Part shown: piece after piece, positions 32,833 to 43,547 of the stretch
Numbering within the stretch: the first letter of the stretch is position 1
How the letters are laid out: each line of letters begins with the position of its first letter
Assembly (NCBI GenBank): GCA_963823655.1
Contig: CAWGMK010000006.1
Span: forward strand, 320,001 to 384,000
Direction: 5' to 3'
From: an uncultured Bacillota bacterium
GTDB taxonomy: Bacteria > Bacillota > DTU025 > MWDF01
DNA length: 64,000 bases
The notes under the pieces: model-generated
Told to the model about the DNA's origin: nothing
The model's database searches: none
What the model saw: the letters and a program-made list of their open reading frames with translations, nothing else
Made by a program: the position numbers and the translations under genes

Positions 32833-32851
32833 GTGATCCTAAAATGAACGA

Positions 32852-35800
32852 CTAATGCAAGCCAATGGGGATAAAAGTCCGGTAAGCAGGACCTACCCAC
32901 GGCAGGTGTTTCAGCAGAATGCGCACCCGGGGAGAGGCTTCACCATTGGTGGTGTTCGTCCCGACAGCATACAATTGTGTGTATGTGTTTGGAGTAAATC
33001 CGCTTGTATCGATCGAAAAAGTTCTCTGGCCTGGCGATAATGGATCGAACCAGTGGTAGTGATCCCCTACCCAATAAAAGAAGCGTATCCCAAAATCGCT
33101 GCATTCAGGGCAAAGGATTTCCTGCTCTCCACCACCTACCAGGGTTTCAGTCTTATACAACCTTACTTGCAGCGGAACCATCTCGTTCCCGACCAGGTAT
33201 GTATTGGTATTCGTAACCGGTCCAATCCAATCGATGCGGTAATTGAAAGGCGCAACGATATATACCTGAACGGTGATAACGGCGCTATCCAAAATGCCGT
33301 CAGAAACCTGGTAGGTAAAGGTATCCGGAAAATCCGATGGAGGGACACCCGGGCGGGTTTCATAGCGGAAGGATCCATTTGAACGCAGGGTCAGATATCC
33401 TCTGCTAGGATCACTTACAAGCTTGACCGACAAATCTGTCTTAGGATTATCTACATCGCTGGCATCCGCCAGTAACCCTGGTACGTTTTCATCGACCACG
33501 CCGTTCTGAACGACAACGACGCAGGTCCCTTCGGGTATTCTTCTGCCATCCGGGTCGGTGGTAAATGTGTCGCAGAGCCATGGGGTGCCGGTAGGCGCAT
33601 CATTGATCGGCGTGATGGTCAGAGAAACCGTGACGGTGCCGGAGTTAAAATTCTCCGTCGGTGACATAATAGCTGAATGAATCAGTCCCATTCTCGTCTG
33701 GGTTTGGGGTATAGCTGAACGATCCATCCTGTGCTAAGACAGCAGGATCAAGATGCCCTTTAGTTGGGCTTTTACCAGGACCGGCGTCAACACCGCATTC
33801 CGGTCGGGATCGGTGTCGTTGGCCAGGAGACCTGGAGCTGGGAGTAGATCGGATCTTCATCTTCATCGGTTGTATAGGCTTCTGGTCTGGCTACCGGTGG
33901 GTAGTTGACCGGGGTGATGGTTAGGTTGACCGTAGCGGGAGCGGAATATAAGAAGCCATCAAAGGCCTTATAGGTGAAGCTGTCACTGCCGTCATAATAG
34001 GGGTTGGAGGTATAAACGAAGGAACCATTCGGATTCAGCTGCAGGTTCCATTCGCCGGTCCAGTGATCAATGTAACGGTCAATGTGTTTGAGTTGATGTC
34101 ATTGTCGTTTGCCAATACGCCCGCCGCAGCAGAAACGGTTAAAGGCGCATTTTCAGCGGTCGTGTAGGCATCATTCACCGCCACCGGCGGATCGTTTACC
34201 GGAGTAATCGTAATGTTGATCGTAGCCAGGTTCGAATTTAAGGAACCATCACTGGCCTGGAAAGTAAATGAATTGCTACCGTTGTAATTCGGAGCGGGAG
34301 TGTACACCAGGTTGGGCGGCGTTCCAGTAAATTGTCCATGGCTCGGTGGTGTTACCACCTGGTAGGTGAGAGGGTCAAATTCTACGTCGGTAGCGCTTAA
34401 GGTAATCGGAACATCCAGATCTTCACCGGTGGTGATATTCTGGTTGATCGCAATGGGAGCATCATTTTGGGGGTTAATCGTGATCGTAACGGTGGCTTCC
34501 GGGGAAGTGATCTTGCCGTCATTGACCACAAATTTAAAGGAATCAAAGCCGTTATAGTTCAACGCCGGGGTGTATGTCAGGTTCGGGATCGTACCGGTCA
34601 GGCTGCCGTGCCCTGGTTGAAATGTAATCGTGAAGGTCAATGGGTCCAGGTCGACATCCGTACCGGTCAGGGTGATTGCAAGCGGCACGTCCTCTAAGGT
34701 GCTGACCGATTGGGCGATTGCAACCGGGGCATCATTTTGGGCAATGACCGTGATTTGTATTGTGGCTGTATTTGAGTTTAGATTGCCATCATTCGCAATA
34801 AAGGTGAAGAAATCGCTGCCGTTGTAATTCTGGGCAGGCGTATAGGTCAGATTAGGAGCGGACCCGTTTAGACTGCCGTGAGCCGGCTGGGTTGTTACAG
34901 AAAAGGAAAGGCTGGTGCTGTCGATATCTGAGGCAGTGAGAATGATTTGGCGCGGAGTATCCTCGTTGGTGGGGAGCGCCTGACCGGCGGCAACCGGGGC
35001 ATCATTGATGGAAGCGATGTGAATGACAACCGTGGCCAGGTTGGAAAGATTATAGCCGTCATTGGCACGATAGGTGAAGCTGTCATCACCGAAGTAGTTC
35101 GGTCTTGGGATATAAGTGAAACCACCTTGTGTGCGCGGTTCGAGTGAGCCGTTCACCGGTAGGTTCACGACAGCAGCGCTCATGGGAAGCCCGCCAAGGT
35201 TTGAATCATTTCCCAGCACACCTGGATCGGGAATGATCAGGGTTGCATCTTCATTCACCCCGTATTCATCATTCACGACCTGCGGTGGCGGCAGGACCGT
35301 CAGGCTCACGGAGGCATTGCCCGATTGATTCAGACCGTCAAAAGCACGATAGAGAAAAGAATCGGGTCCGGAGTATGCCGCTGTGGGCGTGTAGGTAAAT
35401 GAATGGTCAGGGTTTTGTGAGAGAGTACCGTGAGACGGACCACTCATGATCACCACAGTCATCGGTTGCAGCCCGTCCAGAATCACTATCATTGGCAAGT
35501 AAATCCGCGGCGGGAATGATCAGCGCATGGTTGGCATGGGTTGTGAATGCATCGTTATCCGCAGCCGGCGGTTGGTTGACGGTGATCGAGACGGTGGCGG
35601 GCAAGGTTGAGGTGGAGACACCGTCACTGGCATAATAGCGGAAGAAATCTGGGCCAGAATAATTTGTATCAGGTGAATAGGTAAAAGAACCATTCGGATT
35701 TAAATCGACCGTTCCATGTTCTGGACCGCTGCCGGGTGAGGTATCTTGAAACGCGGATAAACCGGCGCTGGCTGGTAAATCATTAACCAGCACGCCCGGA

Positions 35801-36057
35801 GCATTTTGAACCAGACTTCCGTTCTGAGCGATTGCGGGATAGACATCATCCACCGCGGTGGGAGGTTCGGAAACCTGCCAGAGCATCGTTGAACGTGCAG
35901 AGAAGACCCATCCCCATATATTGCTGAAGGGATCGGTGGAGGGTAGGATCTGCTGCTGCAGTTGGCCAGGGGAAGGTTGGTGAGCGATGGGGTGTGCAAT
36001 ACCTGCAAGATTGGCCGTAAGAATGCCGATAATGAGTAACCGTAAAGGACTAATCAT
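32852..36057 (-). CDS. Secreted tandem Ig-like (Big_9/cadherin-like) repeat protein, frameshifted
   Basis: Roughly nine NDAPVA..T.ED..P.HG..YTP..NYNG.D.F..DG repeats across ORFs 35407-36057, 34035-35498 and 32852-33727; signal peptide; C-terminal YRTFIPIGLH. Confidence 0.85.
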
Positions 36058-36187
36058 TCTTAGTGGGACCCCCTTTGGTTAAGGGACCATCAGATTGGGA
36101 GAAATGATATTCTACTGTATTTTACCAAAAATCGAAGAAAATGTTAACCGAGCTTTGTCGTTTAGAATTTGTTGTTTGGCGCCAGAT

Positions 36188-37111
36188 CTATGGTACTGCC
36201 TTGGTAGGTTTCCTGGTCGATGGTGTACTGGTCGGTGGAACGCTGGTAGCTTGGACATTGGTGGGGGCAGTCGTGGCAGGTGGCGCTGGCGGTTGGGTGG
36301 GTAACTGCGGCGGGGTGGTGGGCACTATGGTTTCGACAATTGGCGCATCAGTGGGAGGAACAACTGTAGCAGGTGGGCTGTAGGTAGGTGGAATTTTTGT
36401 TGGCGACGCAGGTTTTTTCTTGGGCTCGTTCGGTTTTTCGGTGGGCATAGGAGAAAGAGTAAAATAAATCCAAATCTGAGGCGTTATGGTGGATGTTAAT
36501 GAAGAAGAGCTCGTTGGCAGCAGCGTGGCCGGTTTAGCATCTGAAAGGACATATTGGCACCTTGGAATACCCAATTCACCCTGGGTATAGCGCTGCAGAG
36601 TCTCGTAAGTGATTTGCGCGGTTTGTAGATCTCCACCGGAAGGCTGACTACCCGTTGGAAATGAAATTAGCCAGGTGACAGCCTGGCTAAACATATTCCG
36701 GATTCCGGTCACATCAGCGCCATTTTCCTGGTTTAAGACCACCACAAAAATCTGCGACTGCAACCTGGCCCAGGGATCAACGCCGCCTTTTTGAAGGATT
36801 GCAAGCATTTCCGTTTTGTTGTAGGTCTTGCTGCCAAGCCGATAAGAGTTAATTTGCCAGGCAGACGGATACTGCAGCCAGGTCTCGAGAGGAAAGGTGC
36901 AATTATTGGATGGGTTTATTGTGGGGGTGAAACCCTGGACAACGGCGTCGTTGGTTGGTGTTGCCGGTGGAGTGAATTGAAGCGGCACCGCGGTTTCAAA
37001 GCTCAACCCAGCAGATTTACCATTAGACGTAATCATATAAGTAATGCCGATCGCCAGAGCGACTGAAACAATACTGATAATTAATCCGGCGATAATATTC
37101 TTACCGTTCAT
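36188..37111 (-). CDS. Single-TM protein with a Cys-flanked helical domain and Pro/Thr-rich tail
   Basis: TM IIAGLIISIVSVALAIGITYMI; CT...W...P.AW...LG..Y....IL...L..Q.....LN...GA...G....C domain; long PT-rich C-terminus. Confidence 0.7.
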   Translation of the reverse strand: MNGKNIIAGLIISIVSVALAIGITYMITSNGKSAGLSFETAVPLQFTPPATPTNDAVVQGFTPTINPSNNCTFPLETWLQYPSAWQINSYRLGSKTYNKTEMLAILQKGGVDPWARLQSQIFVVVLNQENGADVTGIRNMFSQAVTWLISFPTGSQPSGGDLQTAQITYETLQRYTQGELGIPRCQYVLSDAKPATLLPTSSSSLTSTITPQIWIYFTLSPMPTEKPNEPKKKPASPTKIPPTYSPPATVVPPTDAPIVETIVPTTPPQLPTQPPAPPATTAPTNVQATSVPPTSTPSTRKPTKAVP

Positions 37112-37243
37112 TCCACTAATTGCCCCTTTACGAAATTTGTCCTTGCTACGGTTAATATTACGCCCCCTGATCAAATTATATTGCAAACGGAGTACGGATA
37201 CAACCATCCTGCAACCTGGTTATCTCCGCCAGGTCTGTTCTGG

Positions 37244-37518
37244 TCATTTTTCCAGTTCTGGGTAGTCTTCGATCAATTTGCTGTGAGCCTTTTGGGTTCG
37301 GTCCAGGCTTTTCATCCCGGTTAAGAGATCGTGTTGTACTCGATGCTCTTTTTTACCGGAAATTGACCGTGGGCCTGGATCATATTCTGGAACATTTCCA
37401 TCCATTCGGGGCTAGCTTCAATGGCCTGGAAAACCCGATCGATAATATCTGCCTCATAGGGCTGAGGGATAGTGTCAAGGACTTCCTTAACCAAATTTTG
37501 GACGGTTATATAACGCAT
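37244..37518 (-). CDS. Hypothetical protein (~90 aa), one frameshift
   Basis: SD AAGGAG plus ATG at 37518; continues in a shifted frame to TGA at 37244. Confidence 0.5.
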
Positions 37519-37707
37519 GGCTGCTCCTTTTCTGCTTCCATTATGAATATGTTATAGCGGAATTGTATAAGAAGCACAACTGTTTTGCCTTTTACAGGGT
37601 TAATAGAGTAACGCGAGTTGTTTTGATTTGATAACCCTTGCTTTTCCCTTTTTATATCTGCCACTTATAATAACGGACATTTCCTAAAGATTTCATTTGA
37701 TCGATAC

Positions 37708-37748
37708 TGTTCGATTGTTTGACAATAGAACAAAAGCGACCGTAAAAT
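37708..37748 (+). promoter_or_regulatory. Promoter with a palindromic operator upstream of the DeoR gene
   Basis: TTGACA (37719)-18 nt-TAAAAT; inverted repeat TGTTCgATTGT-ttg-ACAATaGAACA overlaps the -35. Confidence 0.6.
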
Positions 37749-37789
37749 AATGATTGATCAGGTCACAATTCCTTTTCTCGGGGAAAACT

Positions 37790-38486
37790 GTGAATACCGA
37801 CTTCAAAGACGAACGTTGGATTTCCATACAGCGCTACATTGAAGCAAATAATGGGGCTAAGGTGACCGACTTAGCGCGCGAACTTCAACATGTCGGAGAT
37901 GACCATCCGGCGCGACCTCAATGAGTTGTATAAACGCGGATCGCTCCAGCGCACACACGGCGGCGCTCTACCGATGGGGCTGCCCCACAAGGCATTTCAA
38001 CCGAACATGTTCGATCGCCTGACGGAGCACCTGGAAGAAAAACAACGGATTGCCTCCGCCGTGGTAAAAATGATCGGCCCGCGTTAATCCATTTTCCTAT
38101 CATCAGGGACAACCAGTTATTGGGTCGCAAAAGCGCTAATCGAGCGAGACGATTTGACGGTAATCGTCAATTCGCTGGTGAATGCGTATATCCTGGCTCA
38201 ATCCCAGCGTATGGAAGTGATGGTGGTGGGCGGTTTCTTGCGGCGTGGAGAGATGTCTCTGATGGGCCATCTGGTAGAAGAAACCGTAAAAGATATGCGG
38301 GTCGATAAGGTCATCATGGGAATTCGGGGAATTCACCCAGAATATGGTTAAACCAGCGACAACCTGCAAGAACTCAGAAATGACCGGGCAATGATCGGTA
38401 TGTCCAGCAATGTGATCGTCGTTGCCGACCATACGAAATTTGGATATGTAGCCGCCAGCCGGACAGCACCCGTTACTGCAGCCAGC
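37790..38486 (+). CDS. DeoR/GlpR family regulator, frameshifted and truncated at a junction
   Basis: SEMTIRRDL, RTHGGA, EKQRIA, SGTT, VVGG and VVADHTKFG motifs. Confidence 0.88.
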
Positions 38487-38846
38487 CCAGGTCAGGACCA
38501 CGCGGCGCGAGTAGAATCCAGAAAGCTTGGCTACGTAGGCGATCGCGAGCAGCGCAACGAGCAGCACGGCCCAGCGCGAGAAAACCCCGACGACGAGTGG
38601 GAGGTGGTTGGAACCCATGGGCTGTTTCTCGTCGCGCGCTGCAGGCGGCAACAGCAGCATCAGCACCGTGACCAGCACGGCCATCGCGTTGAAGTATTGC
38701 TCGAGATGCGCGTCGAACGCGAAGACCAGAAAGTACAGCAGGCTAACGGCGAAGAACGTAGGCACGACGGTCTGTGCCAGGGCAACGAGCCCGATCGAGA
38801 GCCCATTCCTGGCAATGACATGACCGGACATCGTGATTGGAGCCAT
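38486..38846 (-). CDS. Priming undecaprenyl-phosphate sugar phosphotransferase (WcaJ-like), N-terminal TM region, truncated
   Basis: Multi-TM N-terminus ending in YSRRVVLTWA, typical of WcaJ-like enzymes; sits at the end of an EPS locus. The catalytic domain is not present in the window. Confidence 0.6.
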
Positions 38847-39056
38847 CGGGATTCCTTTCCCTTGAATGGCTCCTTTTTAGTATGTGCATCCCGCTGCACA
38901 CGCAGTCGAACCGGCGCAGCTACGTGCGACGATTGATGGGATGGACGACAGCGTTGACTCACAGGCCGGAGAAAAAGCCGACACGCAGCGCGACGGACAG
39001 GACGACCGTGCGCTGCGCTCGTTGCGTGCCGTTCAGTGCGGACGGCGCGGATTACC

Positions 39057-40121
39057 TCAGTTATTGAACGTGGGGTTGTTCGCAACCACTGGCAGCGCGT
39101 CGGTCCAGTCGTACGAGTTCCACTGCGACGGGATCGTCACGCGCACCCAGAACATGTAGTCGACATGCAACCGATCTCGCGCGTAACGGAAGAGTTCCGG
39201 CATCGTCCAGTACTTTGTCGGGTAACAGCACGTCGTATGCGGCGCGGCGTAACATTCGCCTTCGACTTGCCCGAACAGTGGCATCTTGTAGCGGAACTGG
39301 TCGTAGAACGGGTACACCATGTTGACCAGTGTCTTGTCGTCGGGCAGCACGTCCGGGCCGCCCATGACCACACCCTTGCCGGCGACGGCGTTAGCGATCA
39401 CGCCGATGTAGGATTGATTGCGAGGCAGGTAGTTCATGAACCAGAACACCCGCGAGGTCGGCATGCTCGTGCCGGCGGCGCTCAGCACGTTGATGTAGTA
39501 GTCGCGGTATTTTTCCGGCGTGTAGCCATGCGCGTCGAGCTGCCACTGGGCCAGGGTCAATGCCGTCTCCTGGGTAGCTATTCCCTCGAAGTTCCAGGCG
39601 CCGTCGAAACGGCCGAGCGACGTCACCAGTGCTTTCATCCGCTGCGCCACGAAAGGATCCCAACGAGCCGTGGTGTAGCCGCCGCGCGTATTGCGCAGGC
39701 TGAACTTGTCGAGATAGGCCGGCGTGTAGCGGACGCTTTTGAACGACTTATCCTCGATCATCACGATCAGGCGCATGCCGTAGGCGGCGGTCCATGCGAG
39801 GTCCGAGCGGATCTCGGAAAAGTCGTAGTTTCCATACGACGGCTCGAGGTCGCGCCACTTGTAGCGTTTCATGAACCCTTTGACGCCAGGTTTGAGCGAA
39901 GCGGCCATGTACGCCTGGCTCCCGTATTCCGACAGCAGCGCAATGTACTGTCCCGGGTTGTATTTTCGTGTGGCCGTCGTCGTAGCCGTTGTCGTCGCTG
40001 AAGTCGTCGTTTCCACTGTCGGTGGATCGCTGGAAGTCTGAGCGCTTGGGGCAGCGCTGAAAGCAAGCATGGCGGTGCAGGTAAGGGTCGACAGCAGGTT
40101 TCGAGACTTCAAAAAAAACAT
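39057..40121 (-). CDS. Secreted GH-like TIM-barrel protein, paralog 1
   Basis: Signal peptide, Thr linker, RKYNPGQY, RYKWRDLEPSYGNYDFS (resembles the W..LEP..G.YDF motif of GH35/GH42-type enzymes), EGIATQET, GGPD, GQVE, DYMFW. Confidence 0.65.
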   Translation of the reverse strand: MFFLKSRNLLSTLTCTAMLAFSAAPSAQTSSDPPTVETTTSATTTATTTATRKYNPGQYIALLSEYGSQAYMAASLKPGVKGFMKRYKWRDLEPSYGNYDFSEIRSDLAWTAAYGMRLIVMIEDKSFKSVRYTPAYLDKFSLRNTRGGYTTARWDPFVAQRMKALVTSLGRFDGAWNFEGIATQETALTLAQWQLDAHGYTPEKYRDYYINVLSAAGTSMPTSRVFWFMNYLPRNQSYIGVIANAVAGKGVVMGGPDVLPDDKTLVNMVYPFYDQFRYKMPLFGQVEGECYAAPHTTCCYPTKYWTMPELFRYARDRLHVDYMFWVRVTIPSQWNSYDWTDALPVVANNPTFNN

Positions 40122-40299
40122 CAGCACTCTCCTGGTCGCGATTGCGACGGATGATTGAGTCAAGGAACAGTGGTGGGCACGCCGGAAGGGAAACTGGCCG
40201 GAATCGGCGGGTCGGTCGTGCGGGGGCAAGCTTACTAAATCGAAGCCGCTTCGCTTCGATAAGTATTTGCCGAGAGTTGCGCTCGACTGACGGCGCGGC

Positions 40300-40338
40300 A
40301 AAAAAAAGGCCGCCGGACACACGGGGTGTCCGACGGCC
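40300..40338 (-). terminator. Intrinsic terminator after paralog 2
   Basis: GGCCGTCGGACAC / GTGTCCGGCGGCC stem followed by a T-run on the minus strand. Confidence 0.8.
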
Positions 40339-40374
40339 GCGAGGCGCCTCTCTGGGCGCTGGCTTGTCAGCCCG

Positions 40375-41763
40375 TCAATTAAAAGTCGGATTGGCGGCGA
40401 TGACCGGGAGCGCGTCGTACCAGGTGTAGGCGTCGCTCGGCGTCGGGACGGGTATCCGCACCCAGATCATGTAATTGACATGCAGGTCGTCACGGGCGAA
40501 GCGGAACGACTCGGCGGGAGTCCAGTACTTGGTCGAGTAGCCGGGCGTCGCGTGCAGGTGGCGATAGCAGATGTCCTCGACCTGGCCGAACAGCGGCAGT
40601 TTGCCCTGGAACTGGTCATAGAACGGGTACGTCATCGAGAGCAGGGTGTGCTCGTCGGGCAACACGTCCGGGCCACCCATGACGACGCCCTTGCCGATCA
40701 TTGCCGTCGCGATCGTGCCAATGTACGCCTGGTTACGCGGGAAGAAGTTCATGAACCAGAATATCCGCGACGTGGGGAAACTGGTGCTGGCTGTGTTCAA
40801 TACGCTGAGGTACGAATCGCGATACTTTTCTGGTGTGTAGCCCGTGGCGTCGAGCGTCGTGGACGCCAGGCTGGGTGCGGTTTCCTGCAGGGCGATGCCT
40901 TCGAGCCACGGATTCGCGTCGAAACGACTGCCCATGGCCTGCAGCAGCAAGTTGAAGCGGGAGACGACGTAAGGGTTCCAGCGCAACATCGTGTAGCCAC
41001 CGCCCTTGTTGGCGACCGTGTAGGCGTCAAGGTACGTCGGGTTCGGCCGTTCGAGCATGAACGTCTTGTCCTCGACCATCGCGATCATGCGCATGCCGCG
41101 TGACTGCGCCCACTGCAGGTCGGACTGCAATTCACTGAAGTCATAGTTGCCGGGAGTGGGTTCGAGCTGGCGCCACGTGTAGCGCTTCATGATGCCCTTG
41201 ATGCCGGGCTGGATGACGGTTTCCATGTACGCCTGCGACGCACCCTTGCGCAGCATGCTGGCGTAGTGCCCTGGGTGGTACTTGCGTGGGCTCGTGACCG
41301 GCACGGGGGTGGTCGTCGTGCCGCAGGCATTGGTTCCGACCAATGCGACGGGCGAGCTGATGGCCGTCGCGCCCGCAAGGGTCGTGCCCCGGTACATCTT
41401 GACGTTGGTGCTGCCGGTGTCGCGCAGGCACAGGGTGGCGTTCGCGGGCACCGTGAAAGTGACGGCGTCGGCACCGCCCGAATATGCGTTGAGCGACAAG
41501 GCGACCTGCGTCGAAGTCGCCAGCCGCGCCGCGTCTTCCGGTTCGAGCGCGACGGCAGTCAGCGTGTAAAAGGGGACGCTCGACTGGATCACTGCGCTCA
41601 GGCGTGACGGCTGCGTGCCACCCGTCAGCTGAACCTGCCATTTTTCGGTGGTAAGGCGGGTGACGAGCATGGATCCCGTCGTGGTGGTCGTGGCCGCGTG
41701 AACGACGGGCGTGATAGTCGAAGCAAGCAATAGCGTGGCGAAAGCCTTGAGTGCAAAGCGCAT
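40375..41763 (-). CDS. Secreted GH-like protein, paralog 2, with an extra N-terminal ~115-aa domain
   Basis: Signal peptide, extra beta-rich domain, linker, then RKYHPGHY, WRQLEPTPGNYDFS, EGIALQET, GGPD, GQVE. Confidence 0.68.
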   Translation of the reverse strand: MRFALKAFATLLLASTITPVVHAATTTTTGSMLVTRLTTEKWQVQLTGGTQPSRLSAVIQSSVPFYTLTAVALEPEDAARLATSTQVALSLNAYSGGADAVTFTVPANATLCLRDTGSTNVKMYRGTTLAGATAISSPVALVGTNACGTTTTPVPVTSPRKYHPGHYASMLRKGASQAYMETVIQPGIKGIMKRYTWRQLEPTPGNYDFSELQSDLQWAQSRGMRMIAMVEDKTFMLERPNPTYLDAYTVANKGGGYTMLRWNPYVVSRFNLLLQAMGSRFDANPWLEGIALQETAPSLASTTLDATGYTPEKYRDSYLSVLNTASTSFPTSRIFWFMNFFPRNQAYIGTIATAMIGKGVVMGGPDVLPDEHTLLSMTYPFYDQFQGKLPLFGQVEDICYRHLHATPGYSTKYWTPAESFRFARDDLHVNYMIWVRIPVPTPSDAYTWYDALPVIAANPTFN

Positions 41764-41957
41764 TGGATGCCTTCCTCGAAATTGGATCGTCGAACCTGGC
41801 GATGACCCCACGTCTTCGCCAGCTAGTGAGTGAGGCAACGTTCACAGCGAAGCGAGCGTTGCGACGAGTTGGCATCCATGCCGACCGCAGTCATCCTTGC
41901 ATCGGACGACGCGGAATATTTCGAAACTGAGCCGAATCGGATTCATGCGCGCGACGC

Positions 41958-43237
41958 TCAGGGCGCGTCGCCACCGTTGCTGCATTGCTCATACCAACCG
42001 CGACCGTAGGGATGAGCAGCAATCACCGCGAGTGCGTCGAGCCAGTTGAGGCCGGTCGAACTGCGCCCGAGACGATGAGTCCAGAAGACGTAGGAGTTGA
42101 CGCAGACGCCACTCGTACGCGGCGTCGCTTCCATGAAATCGCCAAACGTGCCTCCGACAGCGAAATTGAAGATGCATTCCAGGTCGCAGTTGGCTGCGTC
42201 GTATGAATCGGCTTGCGCGCTGTTGGCGCGGCAACCGTCGTGACGCGCGAGTACCTCGTAGATGCCCGCGCTGTTGTCGTAGAGCGTTCTGGCATCGGGC
42301 AGCAGGTCCGGTCCCGAGAGACACGCGCGATTGTCAGGAATCGCGGAGATAGCTGCGGACACGTCGTACAGGTAGGCCTGTCCATTGCGCAGGAAGTTGA
42401 GAAAGGCCATGCAACGGCTCTGCGCGAACGATTCGCTGCACCCCTGCACCAGGCCGATCAACGCATCGCGCCAGGCGGTGGCGGTGTACGTGCCGCCGTC
42501 CGCGACGTCCTGGGTGTACGCGCCGCTGAACCCCAGTGCGGACTCCTGCAGCACCACGCCTTCCACGCGCGGGTTGGCGTCGTAGCGCGCGGCGGCTGCC
42601 CTGAGCATCGCGAGGTAGGCGTCGCGTACCACGGGCTCCCACATGAAGCATGTGGCCGCGTTCCCGCCGGAGGAGTTCGGGGCGGAATGGTCGTTCTGCA
42701 GGTAGACAGGGCACGGGTTTAACTGCGGGCTGCTCGAGAAACTCTTGAACTCGATGAACAGCCACAGTTGGCACGCAGGGTTATGCGACTTCGCCATGGC
42801 CTCGAGCGCGGCATCGAAGCCACTGAAGTCGTAGGTCCCGGCACTCGGCTCGACCTGGCGCCAGGTGCGCCGATAGACCACACCCTGTACGCCGGCCTGA
42901 CCGCACAGCATCGCGAGGTCGGCGGGCGTGTCGACATAGTTCGCTGCGAAGTAATGGCCGTAGTTTGCTTTGCGAACCGGTTGCGGGGGCTCGGGCGTCG
43001 GCAAGGTGATGCGGCGCGCCGGAGACAGGTTCGGTGACGGGTTCGGTGCTTGGTGCGGCGGGCGGGCTCAGTTGGCGTCGCGGGCCCACTGGGCTTCGCT
43101 GGGTCGCCACTGGTGACCGGCGCCGGTGGGTCTGCCGCTGGGACCCGCGTTGCGCTTCCGGAGCCGCAGGCACTGACCGTAAGCAGCGCCAGCAACACCG
43201 CCCAGCAGTGCTGTCGACTCGAAAGTGGTGATTTCAC
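41958..43237 (-). CDS. Lipoprotein GH-like protein, paralog 3 (Cys-rich), frameshifted in the linker
   Basis: GTG start with lipobox LLTVSA-C, Pro/Thr/Glu linker, RKANYGHY, WRQVEPSAGTYDFS, EGVVLQES, SGPD. Confidence 0.62.
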
Positions 43238-43547
43238 GACGCGCTCCCCGGCCCGTGGCATGACACCGGGGGTGCAGGTAACAGCAGCGCGATTGCCGGT
43301 CTGCCGCGGCACGACGAAGGCCCGGGCAGTCATGTTCAACGAGGTGCTTGGCACCCCGGCAACCCCGCTGTCGTAGGCCTGCTGGGCCCTTAGACCGGTG
43401 GCTTTGCGTCTCCACCTTTCGGTGGATTTGCCCTTAGCTACGGTGCGTAGTGTTCGCGGAGCGCCGGCTAGCGTCAACGCGCAGTGGCCAAAACAGCCAA
43501 GCGGACAGTGGCGCAGATGGCGCCGGATTGGAGGCGTTGCTACACGG

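Noticed and set aside
38136-38485. C-terminal half of the 236-aa minus-strand ORF 38136-38846
   Set aside because: It is the antisense of DeoR across junction 2, so the ORF is chimeric.
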